Positions 37,440-47,009 of a stretch of DNA of 64,000 nt are shown here, in pieces. The number at the start of each line of letters is the position of its first letter. Position 1 is the first letter of the stretch. Position numbers and translations under genes: made by a program. The notes below the pieces were generated by a model, which saw only the letters and a list, made by a program, of their open reading frames with translations, ran no database searches and had not been told where the DNA came from. Origin of the DNA: an uncultured Mediterranea sp. (GTDB lineage Bacteria; Bacteroidota; Bacteroidia; Bacteroidales; Bacteroidaceae); the NCBI GenBank assembly GCA_945641355.1, contig CALZEQ010000002.1:56587-120586 (forward strand), written 5' to 3'.

Positions 37440-37489
37440 TCTATGAGATTTGTCTGCCCCTGAATGCCATAGACGGGAATTTGCTGAAA

Positions 37490-39673
37490 CTACATAGTTT
37501 GCATTCTGTTCTTGGCATCCCCTCCGGCACCGCTGCCGCGATAGTTGCTCTTTGTGGCATTCAAGCGGTAATGTACACTGAAGGTGAGGCTTTGCCTCTG
37601 TCTGTTGAGATACTGTGTCATGCTGAATACACCAAAGTCGACGAACAGATCCTCCTTCATCTTCTGCAGCAAATCGTTTGCCGACAGGCGGAAAGTGAGG
37701 TTACCGTTCAGGTATGACTTCTGTACGGCTGCTTCCAGCGAAAGGATGGACCGCCGGATGTAGTCGTTGTCATGGTTCATGCTGCTACGTAACTGCATGT
37801 TCACTTCAAATTGCCATGGATTGTGTTTGGGCGTATCGAAACGGAAGCTGTTGTTTGCATTGAGATAGAACATTGGCTTGTTGAATGAGGCTGTCCGGAT
37901 TCCTGTAGGGGCGAATTCGTCATGGAAATCGAGGGTGAAAAACTGCTTTGTGAATACAAAGGTATAGTTTGGCGACCAGCAACCTATCTTTGGTCTTGCA
38001 AGGACGTAGACCGTCATGCTATTGACCGGTTTTTCAAGGTTCCGTGTCTTTAGTAGGATAACCCCTTGTTCATTATACGGTTCGCCCCAATCTAGAATCT
38101 TGTGTGCCGCATTCAGGTATTCTATGCCACAGGTCAACCAATGGTAGTTGCCCATGAGCGAAAGGGTCTGGTTGATGGTGTTCTGCAATTGTGCATTCCC
38201 GCTTTCATAGATGTAACGGCTGTGATATCTCGTGACATCTCGCAGTTGCCAGTAGTTGGGGCGTCGGGTCTTGATGGAGTAGTTGGCCGACAAGCCAAAA
38301 TTGCCGAAGGTTTGGCTCCACGAAATGGAGGGGAAGAAGTTGTCCTGCTGACGGACGTTGTTCTTGATAGCGTTTACTTTGTCCTGATAATCCATGTTGA
38401 CATGCTCGTAGCGAAGCCCTACAGACCATTGCCCGATGGACGAAGAAAGGGAATACGAGGCGAATGTAGCCGTTGTGGTTTCTGTCACCTCCGACTCGGA
38501 GTTCATAATCACTTCCGAGGAGGTGGCTTGCTTGTTGCCGTTTCTAACACGGTATACCTCTGCACCCACCTTGAACTCGCTTTTGCGATATGGATAGGTG
38601 AGCACAAGTTTTGTTGCCGTCATCCTGTTGCGTGTATCGGTTTTCGTCCAGAATTCGCTGTCTTGAATGAGACTCTGTTCCGTAGTGGCATTGGTTTTGC
38701 GTATATGGTTGTTGACAATGTCAACGTTCCAGTCAACATTTACGTTGCCCATCTGTCCGTTGTAGTAGGTGTTCATTGTAAAGCTGTTTTGGCCGTCCAA
38801 CTTGCATGTTGAAGCGGAGATGATATGGTCTTCAAAGACACCGTCACGCCAAACCGTTTCATCAATCGTTGTTTTCTCGTTGTTGTACAACGTGCGGGTG
38901 GTCTGCATCATGAAGCCGATGGCATGATGGCTGTTTATCTGCCAGTTTGTTCCGAAATGGAGCTGCAGCAGACGATTGATGAAGTCGGTATCCAATATTC
39001 CTTTCTGCTCATGATTCAGACACTTCATCGAAGTGACACCGCCAATTTCTCCGTGCTGGTAGTATCTGCTGTATCCCAAATGCGAACCTCCGAAGAAATC
39101 CCATCCTTTGTAGCGGTAGTTCATGGAGAGGTTGGTTCCCGGATCGGTCCCGCCACGGACCAATGACTGACAGACATCGGCTTTCGTGTCCAAACTAAAT
39201 CCCTCTCCCTGTGCCGGCCTCAGTTTGATTTTGACCACGGCACGCACATCGGCTGCATAGTCGCTGCCGGGGTTGTTGATGACCTCCACACTGCGAATCT
39301 GCTCCGAACTGATGCGTTGCAGTTCGGCTGCATCCTGTATCCTTCGGCCGTTAATGTAGTATATGGGCGAACCTTTCCCTATGACCTGCAGCTCCTCTCC
39401 CTGCTTATACATGCCTGGAGTCTTGCCGAGTACATCTTCCAGTGTGCCGGCATGTTCAAGGTCGGTACCTGCGATTCGTACCTCCAGCGAGTTGGCTTTG
39501 AACTTGACAGTCGGCAATGTCCCCTTTACTACCACCTCCTTCAGATTCATCTCTTTGAAGATGTCCGTAATGCTGTCGTTTGTTTTGGTTTGTGCATTTG
39601 CCCTGAAAGTTGAAGTGGCTAAGAGCCACCACATGAAAGAAATCAAAAATAAACGTGAATACTTTTGCTCCAT
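37490..39673 (-). CDS. Outer-membrane plug/beta-barrel protein (TonB-dependent-receptor-like), paralogue of 8037-10121
   Basis: Signal peptide ...TFRANAQ. Plug-like LKEVVVKG...INGRRI...SVEVINNPGSDY, then a long barrel. Size and layout match the first receptor. Confidence 0.75.
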   Translation of the reverse strand: MEQKYSRLFLISFMWWLLATSTFRANAQTKTNDSITDIFKEMNLKEVVVKGTLPTVKFKANSLEVRIAGTDLEHAGTLEDVLGKTPGMYKQGEELQVIGKGSPIYYINGRRIQDAAELQRISSEQIRSVEVINNPGSDYAADVRAVVKIKLRPAQGEGFSLDTKADVCQSLVRGGTDPGTNLSMNYRYKGWDFFGGSHLGYSRYYQHGEIGGVTSMKCLNHEQKGILDTDFINRLLQLHFGTNWQINSHHAIGFMMQTTRTLYNNEKTTIDETVWRDGVFEDHIISASTCKLDGQNSFTMNTYYNGQMGNVNVDWNVDIVNNHIRKTNATTEQSLIQDSEFWTKTDTRNRMTATKLVLTYPYRKSEFKVGAEVYRVRNGNKQATSSEVIMNSESEVTETTTATFASYSLSSSIGQWSVGLRYEHVNMDYQDKVNAIKNNVRQQDNFFPSISWSQTFGNFGLSANYSIKTRRPNYWQLRDVTRYHSRYIYESGNAQLQNTINQTLSLMGNYHWLTCGIEYLNAAHKILDWGEPYNEQGVILLKTRNLEKPVNSMTVYVLARPKIGCWSPNYTFVFTKQFFTLDFHDEFAPTGIRTASFNKPMFYLNANNSFRFDTPKHNPWQFEVNMQLRSSMNHDNDYIRRSILSLEAAVQKSYLNGNLTFRLSANDLLQKMKEDLFVDFGVFSMTQYLNRQRQSLTFSVHYRLNATKSNYRGSGAGGDAKNRMQTM

Positions 39674-39747
39674 AATTGCTGAAATAATGTGGTTAATAAA
39701 TCTGTTTTAGCTGTCACAAGATGCCTTATGACGAAAGCTTTCTGCCG

Positions 39748-39755
39748 CAAAAATA
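39748..39755 (-). promoter_or_regulatory. Candidate -7 box (TATTTTTG) for the second OM receptor gene
   Basis: TAnnTTTG match on the minus strand, about 75 nt upstream of the ATG at 39673. Confidence 0.35.
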
Positions 39756-39967
39756 GAGACCTTTTTCAATGCTACATCCTATTCGGGATATTCGGGCGCG
39801 TATGGGGATAATTGCCTGATAGGGTACAAAATGCTGCAGTTCGTCAGCGATGTAACATCCTTGTCATGATTGGCTGCAACCCTTTCCGTTCGTCATCAAA
39901 TGTTTTCCAAATATCCCAGTGATGCTTATTCATCCGTGGATAGTTGCACTGACGGGAATAAATCCAT

Positions 39968-39975
39968 TACCTTTG
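39968..39975 (+). promoter_or_regulatory. Candidate -7 box (TACCTTTG) for the LytTR gene
   Basis: TAnnTTTG match about 62 nt upstream of the ATG at 40038. Confidence 0.35.
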
Positions 39976-40037
39976 CATCGAACACATAAGAAAATAGGTA
40001 TATAGCATCAATTGTTCACCCCCAAAAAAGGAAAACC

Positions 40038-40955
40038 ATGAAAAGAATTCCCGACAGACTCGTAAAAGACTATTTGATTGTAGGATGTGCATTCGCGTGT
40101 ATATTGTTTTTCCTGCATCCCCTCTTTCTGACACCAGATAGGAGAGCAGTTCCACTTATCGTGTTCAAGCTTGTACATGCCTTGTCCTTCTTGTCTACCT
40201 TACTTCTAAGTGAGATGGTCGTGACCTGTCTTTTTAAAAATCCGTTTTCGTACGCAAGTGGCATTTCGGAGCAGCTAAGGCATTTTGCTCTGTGTGCAGT
40301 GGTTGGAGTTCCGCTCTTCAATGCTCTTCTGAACCAATCGAACACCATCATGATGTTCGATTTCCAGAAGTATTATTATGCCTGGTTTGATGCGGATGGG
40401 AGTTTTACCCTGAAGTGGTACTTGAAGACGTTGGACCTATGTGTGCTTGTGGCTTTCATAATGGTTGCCGCCATGATGGCATTGAGCAGGGTAAGACACA
40501 TCCAGAACAATCTTCGGGAATTGGCTCTCCTCAACGAATTGCTGGAACGGGAACAAGAAGAGATGCGTATCCGTCCATCCGATGAGACCGTTGCGGAGAA
40601 GATTCTTCTTCAAGGTAACAGCCGGGATTCACTCATGGTCAATCCGTTCGATATCCTGTATATTGAGTCGGTGGGAAATTATCTCAGCATTGCCTATTTC
40701 ATAGGTACAGCGTTGTGTCAGAAGCGGCTTCGCTGTTCACTGAAGGAGGCAGAAGAGGTGCTTGAAGCCTTTCCCTTCATCGAGCACATCCATCGTGCGT
40801 TCCTTATAAATATCCACTTCATCACGCAGGTCTCAGGCAACTCCGCCGGTTGCAAGGTAAGTATGTTCAGCACAGACAAGGTATTCCCGGTCTCAAAGGC
40901 GAATGTACCCAAATTCAGAGACAAAATCAAGGAATTGGGAGGGGAGTTGAGATAA
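40038..40955 (+). CDS. Membrane-embedded, receiver-less LytTR-family DNA-binding protein
   Basis: About four N-terminal TM segments and a coiled linker (NNLRELALLNELLEREQEEM). The C-terminus has a LytTR-like pattern (ILYIESVGNYLSI...HRAFLINIHFI...VSK). Confidence 0.7.
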   Translation: MKRIPDRLVKDYLIVGCAFACILFFLHPLFLTPDRRAVPLIVFKLVHALSFLSTLLLSEMVVTCLFKNPFSYASGISEQLRHFALCAVVGVPLFNALLNQSNTIMMFDFQKYYYAWFDADGSFTLKWYLKTLDLCVLVAFIMVAAMMALSRVRHIQNNLRELALLNELLEREQEEMRIRPSDETVAEKILLQGNSRDSLMVNPFDILYIESVGNYLSIAYFIGTALCQKRLRCSLKEAEEVLEAFPFIEHIHRAFLINIHFITQVSGNSAGCKVSMFSTDKVFPVSKANVPKFRDKIKELGGELR

Positions 40956-41187
40956 ATCAGGATGTCAAGTATATACCCCGTTTTGCGATGTTTGACTATG
41001 GTAAATTAGGCCTATACATCGTTCATAATGCTTTTGTTTGGCCAATTCATCGTTTTTTCCCCCTATTCCGATAAAAAATACTCCGTCCCTCGTACCTTCT
41101 TTTATTCCTTTGCATCCGAAATACAGAGGTCGCACCTTATCTAAGATGTTGCCTTATTCTAATTTAGTAACTATAAAAAACAAACGT

Positions 41188-44100
41188 ATGAATCTAAAAA
41201 GACTTGCCAAAAGGTCATTGACTACTCTTATGATGAGTATGTTATGCTTAGTCGCTTTTGCACAAGGTCGCCAGGTGAAAGGTACGGTCATCGACGGTAC
41301 GGGCGAACCCGTGATAGGCGCAAATGTATTGGAAGTTGGTACTACCAATGGTGTAATAACCGACATTGACGGTAATTATACCATCACTGTACAGCCCAAT
41401 GCAAAACTCCAGTTCTCATTTATCGGTTATATTACACAGACTGTTGCCGTGGGCGATCAGGCCACCATTCAGGTGACACTGAAGGAAGACTCTCAGGCAT
41501 TGGACGAAGTGGTCGTTATCGGTTATCAGACCGTCAAGCGTAAGGACCTGACCGGTGCCGTCGCTTCGGTCAACTCCAAAGCCATCGCTGCAGCCCCTGT
41601 ATCCAATGTGGCACAGGCATTGCAGGGTAAGTTACCGGGTGTGAACGTCACTTCACAAGACGGTCGTCCCGATGCCGAAATCTCCATTCGCGTACGTGGT
41701 GGCGGTTCTATCTCGCAGAGCAACGAACCGTTGATTCTGATTGACGGTGTGACGGGTACACTGAGTGATATCCCTTCTGACCAGGTAGAAAGCATCGACG
41801 TACTGAAGGATGCCTCCTCTACGGCCATCTACGGAGCACGTGGTGCCAATGGTGTTATCTTGGTGACTACCAAGGGTGCCAAAGAGGGAAAGGTGAACGT
41901 ATCCTATAGCGGATATGCCAAGTTCAATACACCGACCAAGTATCTGGATGTGCTCGATCCGTATGATTATGTATCCTACGTATGGGCAAATGCCGCTGCC
42001 AACGGTTCGGCCTATCAGACTCCTTTCGAAAAACTCTACGGACTGGGTGCTTACCAGGGAAGCAACTCGCAGGGTATCGATGCCTATCGCAATGTGCCGA
42101 TGTACGACATCCAGCGTCAGGTGTACGACAACTCCTTCTCACATAGCCATGACCTCTCCGTGAGCGGTGGTACGGACAAGACGAAGGTGCTCTTCTCCGT
42201 CAACTACATGGATGAAGAAGGTATGAAGGTGAACTCTTACTCGAAGCGTGCCAACGTATCGTTGAAGGTGAACCAGAAGATTCGTGACAACGTAGACTTG
42301 AATCTGGATGTGCGCTATACTGACGTTACCAGCATGAGTGACGAAAGCATCACTAGCGGTTCGGGTTCGGTACTTTCCTACGCTTATCGTTTCCGTCCCA
42401 TCGCTACCGAGAATCTGAAGGGTGACCTCAATGCGCTGAACGAAGGCAACATCGAGCAGTATGGTAAGTTCTCGCAATGGGATGTGTACGACCCCTACAA
42501 CCGTCTGAACGACTACGAGCCGCTGAAGCAACGTCAGGCACTGCGCTCTACCGCCTCCTTCAATTGGGGCATCATCAAGGGGCTGACCTATCATACCGAC
42601 TTGAGTTTGCACCGCACTTGGAATCAAAACAAGATTTGGGGTGGTGCCATCTATAATAACTACTTAGACGACAAGACAGGTGAAAAACTGTGGGCCGGTA
42701 CGGCTGACCTGACCAAGAGCGACAGCTGGGGTGTGCGTTGGACCAACACCATGAGCTATGACTTCGACATCACCAAGAATCAGCATCTGAACATCTTGGT
42801 AGGTCATGAGGTCACTAACTCGGGCGGTACGACCATGCGTATCCAGAGCGACCACTTCCCCGCTAACTTTACAAAGGACAACGCCTTCGCCATGATCAAC
42901 CAGTACGATCGCGAAGCCAGCACCAATACCACTCCGTTCTCCTCAGACATCAGTACCGCCAGCCGTATCCTCTCTTTCTTCGGCCGTGTGAACTACAATC
43001 TGATGGAACGCTACCTGTTGACCTTGACGTTCCGTGCCGATGGTTCGTCCAAGTTCTCTCCCAATCACCGTTGGGGTTACTTCCCCGCAGCCGCTTTGGC
43101 ATGGCGTCTCTCCGAAGAAGAGTTCATGAAGGATGTGGACTGGTTGGACAACCTGAAGGTACGCTTCTCGTATGGTGAGGTAGGTAACGACGGTATCAGC
43201 TCCGACCTCTGGGCGCAGACCTGGACTTCCGAGACCGACAGCCGCTGGCTCTATGCACTGAATGGAGGCACACAGTCCTCCTACGACCTCTCTTCTACAC
43301 AGATGGCCAATGCCGACCTGAAGTGGGAGACAACCATCACCCGTAACCTCGGTTTCGACTTCGGATTCTTCGGCAACCGCTTGCAAGGTAGCTTGGATCT
43401 CTATTGGAATACGACGAAGGACTTGCTGATGAACACACCGCTGCCGGGTATCACCGGATTTACCTCTACGTTCGACAACATCGGTCAGACCAGCAACAAG
43501 GGTGTTGAACTCTCGCTGTCGGGTGTCATCTTCCAGAACAAGGATTGGAACATCACTGCCGGATTCAACATCAACTTCAACCGCAACAACGTAGACGAAC
43601 TGGCTGAAGGCATCACCGGTCTCTATGGTACGCAGTGGATTCAGCAGAACAAGCCGAGCGATGACTACATCCTGAAGGAGGGAGAACCTGTAGGTATGGT
43701 TCGTGGTCTTATCTATGACGGCTTCTATACTACTGACGACTTCAACTATGCCAACGGTGTATATACGTTGAAACAGGGTGTACCCGATGTCAGCAGTGCC
43801 ATCGTACCTACGTTCCACGGCATTAACCCGGGCGAGCGTCCCGACGGACAGATTGCCTATCCCGGTATGGCCAAGTATAAGGACCTCGACGAAAACGGTA
43901 TCATCGATACGGGTGACTATGACATCATCGGTAACATGAACCCCAAGCACACCGGTGGTTTCAACATCAACGCATCGTACAAGCAGTTCGACCTGGGACT
44001 CTACTTCAACTGGAGCTACGGCAACAAGATTTACAATGCCAACAAGCTGGCTTCGCTCTACGGTTACAAGGAGTCGGGTGTGTACGAGAACAAGCTGGCT

Positions 44101-44511
44101 CTACTGAAGAACGCCTATAAGATTTATGATATCCAGAACGGACAGCTGGTTCGTCTGAGCACGCCTGCCGAGTTGGACGCTGTCAACGTGAACGCCACGA
44201 TGCCGCTCTGCTACAACGAAATGGGTGTCGTATCTTCACTGGGTATTGAGGACGGTTCCTACCTGCGTCTGAACACGCTGACACTGGGCTATACCCTGCC
44301 TAAGTCGGTGCTCAACAAAATTGGTCTCAGCAACTTGCGCGTGTACGGTACGGTATACAACCTCTTTACCATCACCGGTTATGATGGTCTGGATCCCGAA
44401 GTCAACGCCAACGCCAATGCCAATAAGGCCGTTTATCCGACTACCGGACTTGACTGGGGTACCTACCCGCGTGCACGCTCCTTCGTAGTGGGTCTGAACC
44501 TGAATTTCTAA
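41188..44511 (+). CDS. SusC/RagA-family TonB-dependent outer-membrane transporter
   Basis: Signal peptide, carboxypeptidase-regulatory-like domain (VKGTVIDGTGEPVIGANV...DGNY), plug, and a large barrel ending YPRARSFVVGLNLNF. Confidence 0.9.
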   Translation: MNLKRLAKRSLTTLMMSMLCLVAFAQGRQVKGTVIDGTGEPVIGANVLEVGTTNGVITDIDGNYTITVQPNAKLQFSFIGYITQTVAVGDQATIQVTLKEDSQALDEVVVIGYQTVKRKDLTGAVASVNSKAIAAAPVSNVAQALQGKLPGVNVTSQDGRPDAEISIRVRGGGSISQSNEPLILIDGVTGTLSDIPSDQVESIDVLKDASSTAIYGARGANGVILVTTKGAKEGKVNVSYSGYAKFNTPTKYLDVLDPYDYVSYVWANAAANGSAYQTPFEKLYGLGAYQGSNSQGIDAYRNVPMYDIQRQVYDNSFSHSHDLSVSGGTDKTKVLFSVNYMDEEGMKVNSYSKRANVSLKVNQKIRDNVDLNLDVRYTDVTSMSDESITSGSGSVLSYAYRFRPIATENLKGDLNALNEGNIEQYGKFSQWDVYDPYNRLNDYEPLKQRQALRSTASFNWGIIKGLTYHTDLSLHRTWNQNKIWGGAIYNNYLDDKTGEKLWAGTADLTKSDSWGVRWTNTMSYDFDITKNQHLNILVGHEVTNSGGTTMRIQSDHFPANFTKDNAFAMINQYDREASTNTTPFSSDISTASRILSFFGRVNYNLMERYLLTLTFRADGSSKFSPNHRWGYFPAAALAWRLSEEEFMKDVDWLDNLKVRFSYGEVGNDGISSDLWAQTWTSETDSRWLYALNGGTQSSYDLSSTQMANADLKWETTITRNLGFDFGFFGNRLQGSLDLYWNTTKDLLMNTPLPGITGFTSTFDNIGQTSNKGVELSLSGVIFQNKDWNITAGFNINFNRNNVDELAEGITGLYGTQWIQQNKPSDDYILKEGEPVGMVRGLIYDGFYTTDDFNYANGVYTLKQGVPDVSSAIVPTFHGINPGERPDGQIAYPGMAKYKDLDENGIIDTGDYDIIGNMNPKHTGGFNINASYKQFDLGLYFNWSYGNKIYNANKLASLYGYKESGVYENKLALLKNAYKIYDIQNGQLVRLSTPAELDAVNVNATMPLCYNEMGVVSSLGIEDGSYLRLNTLTLGYTLPKSVLNKIGLSNLRVYGTVYNLFTITGYDGLDPEVNANANANKAVYPTTGLDWGTYPRARSFVVGLNLNF

Positions 44512-44536
44512 TCATCCGTTATAAATGCAATCAGTT

Positions 44537-46570
44537 ATGAAAAATATATTGAAAACCATGTTCGCCCTGGCACTCACTGCTACGATGACCGGGTGCGACG
44601 ATTATCTGAACGTTTCGTCCCCGTCGAAGACGGACGACACCTTTGTAACCTCCACACCGGAGGAGACCTTCAAGACCTTGGCTTGGGTCTATGCCGAATA
44701 TCGTCAGAATGCAGCATCCGGTGGTAACTACAACTACGAAGACGTGACTTCGGATGCCGAGTACTATCCTGAATACAACTCGGCCAATAACATCATCGGT
44801 ATGCTCTATCCCGAATCGGCTGCCATCACCAACCAGAACACGCAGTTCAACAGCCTGTTCAACGCTTTGGCCCGTGCCGCCCGTGTGGCCGAAATCATCA
44901 AGGCGAAGAGTGAATACCAGACCGCAGCCGAGGCCGGCACTACCAATGACTGGACACAGCTCTATGGAGAGGCCGTCACGTTGCGTGCGTTCTTCTATTT
45001 CGAACTGGTGCGTCACTTCGGCGATGTGCCTTACGGTGTAGAGAACTCGATAGTGGATACCTACGCACTGACGTCCCGCTTTGACATTCTGGACGAGGTC
45101 ATTTCATCCGTTCAGGCCGTTGAACCGTTGATGTACCGCTTGGGCGAAGGCGGCATCACGGCCGAGCGCCTGTCTCGTACCTATGCCAATGCCTTGATTG
45201 GTGAAGCTGCCCTCCATGCCGGTGGCTGGCAGACCATCCGTACGGATGTGGCCGGACTGTATGGCGATGTTCAGTTCGAGAAGAAAGGAACCGAAGCCAA
45301 TGGCTGTGTCTATGCCCGTCGTACCGACTACAAGAACTACTATACGATTGCTCAGAAGTACCTCTCGGCTGCCGTCAACGAGCAGAAGGGATCGCTTGCC
45401 CTGATTACGAACGATGACCGTACGTATGCCAACAATCCGTTCCAGCGTCACTGGCAATACATCCACGACCTGAAGGTAAGTCCCGAATCACTTTTTGAAG
45501 TGGGTAACGTTGCTCCCAATCAGAGTGAACATCCCTACTCGCAGGGCCGTCCCTCCAACGGTGGCGGTAGCAATGCGGCTCCTTGTAAGGTGTTTGGTGC
45601 CATCCGCATCATCCCTACCTTCTACTATACCGGTTACGAGGAGGGCGACCGCCGTATGGATGCCAGCATGACCGTCACGGGTAGCACCGGTGATGGCAAC
45701 GAAGCCATTTTGAGTTTCAAACCGGGCAGCAAACTGCTGGGCGGTATCTCTACCAACAAGTGGGATGACAACCGTATGAATCCTCCCTATGTGGCCAAGC
45801 AGCGTAACTCCGGTTTGAACTACTGCGTCTGCCACCTGGCTGATGTCATGTTGCTGCTGGCTGAGGCAGAAGCCGAGTTAGGGAACGACAGCAAGGCACT
45901 TTCGTATGTCAACCAGCTTCGCGAACGTGCTTTCGGCAACTCCAATCACAATCTGAGCGGACTCTCTGGCGATGCACTGAAGAATGCCATCTGGAACGAG
46001 CGCAAGCTGGAACTGCTGGGCGAAGGCGATATCCGTTGGGATATGATTCGTTCGGGTCAGTTCACAGAACGTACGCAGAAGGTACGTGCCGAGATGAAGG
46101 CCATGATTGCCGGCTTGGAAGCCAACGGCTACTACGACTTTGGAAACGGCCGCGTCATCTCCAACTACATCTGGACCAAGCTGGTACAGAAGGAGAACCC
46201 GCTGACTTACGATGCCGATCCTTCCGATCCCGCCCTCTATCCCGGCTGGCGCGGACAGTATGACTATGCCAGCTTGTCCTCTATCGCTTCGAAGGTGAAA
46301 GGTACAGCTCACAATCTGGCCATCAAGGGTCTCTTTGAATACATCGACCCGAACGGTGCCGAAGCGGCTGCCCTCGAAGCCGAAGGATATACGAAGACCG
46401 ATTGGGGTGTGACCATCGTGGCCAACAAAAATACCATCTACGACCGTAACATCCTGAGTGGATTGGGCGAGAGCGGTGCAGCTCCCCGCTATTTCCACCC
46501 GCTGCCGTTCGAGGTTATCAACCAGTCTGATGGCAATGTAACGAACGGTTACGGTCTGCCGCAACAGTAA
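44537..46570 (+). CDS. SusD/RagB-family outer-membrane lipoprotein
   Basis: Lipobox MTGC. RAFFYFELVRHFGDVPY and NERKLELLGEGDIRWDMIR motifs. Directly follows SusC. Confidence 0.9.
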   Translation: MKNILKTMFALALTATMTGCDDYLNVSSPSKTDDTFVTSTPEETFKTLAWVYAEYRQNAASGGNYNYEDVTSDAEYYPEYNSANNIIGMLYPESAAITNQNTQFNSLFNALARAARVAEIIKAKSEYQTAAEAGTTNDWTQLYGEAVTLRAFFYFELVRHFGDVPYGVENSIVDTYALTSRFDILDEVISSVQAVEPLMYRLGEGGITAERLSRTYANALIGEAALHAGGWQTIRTDVAGLYGDVQFEKKGTEANGCVYARRTDYKNYYTIAQKYLSAAVNEQKGSLALITNDDRTYANNPFQRHWQYIHDLKVSPESLFEVGNVAPNQSEHPYSQGRPSNGGGSNAAPCKVFGAIRIIPTFYYTGYEEGDRRMDASMTVTGSTGDGNEAILSFKPGSKLLGGISTNKWDDNRMNPPYVAKQRNSGLNYCVCHLADVMLLLAEAEAELGNDSKALSYVNQLRERAFGNSNHNLSGLSGDALKNAIWNERKLELLGEGDIRWDMIRSGQFTERTQKVRAEMKAMIAGLEANGYYDFGNGRVISNYIWTKLVQKENPLTYDADPSDPALYPGWRGQYDYASLSSIASKVKGTAHNLAIKGLFEYIDPNGAEAAALEAEGYTKTDWGVTIVANKNTIYDRNILSGLGESGAAPRYFHPLPFEVINQSDGNVTNGYGLPQQ

Positions 46571-46669
46571 TTCTTTCAGGCAATTGTAGTTTTCTAAATA
46601 CATGCACAGTAAGAACACACTGAACCCGAAGTCGTGAGACTTCAATATTAGACATTCTTAGTTGAACGA

Positions 46670-46707
46670 AAAGGGAGTGTACCACGCCATGCGGTACCTC
46701 CCTTTTT
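46670..46707. terminator. Terminator hairpin after susD
   Basis: AAAGGGAG-GTACC / GGTAC-CTCCCTTT stem followed by TTTTT. Confidence 0.7.
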
Positions 46708-46784
46708 AATTATTATTCAATCAATCAAGTCCCGGTTTTACATCTGTTTATGTAAATGCGAAACTTGAGTCAATTGTCTCATTT

Positions 46785-47009
46785 TCAGGCAGCAGCCTCG
46801 GCAGGTGTGTTCAGGAAGAAAAAGAGGGACATGCCGATGAGGAGGAGACCCAGCAAGCCGTAGAACCAGCGTGCCTGACGCCGGCCTACGTTACGGACAA
46901 TGAACTGACTGTTCTGGGCGGTGAAGAACCAATCCCAATCCAATAGGGAAGCCAGCACCGAGAGGATGCCGGCAAAGGCAAAGATGCCCTGAATGATGTA
47001 TTGGCTCAT
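46785..47009 (-). CDS. Small two-TM membrane protein (74 aa), start overlapping the tsaE stop codon
   Basis: [29 protein letters not shown]...[19 protein letters not shown]. The ATGA overlap (47009-47006) with tsaE suggests translational coupling. Confidence 0.5.
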   Translation of the reverse strand: MSQYIIQGIFAFAGILSVLASLLDWDWFFTAQNSQFIVRNVGRRQARWFYGLLGLLLIGMSLFFFLNTPAEAAA

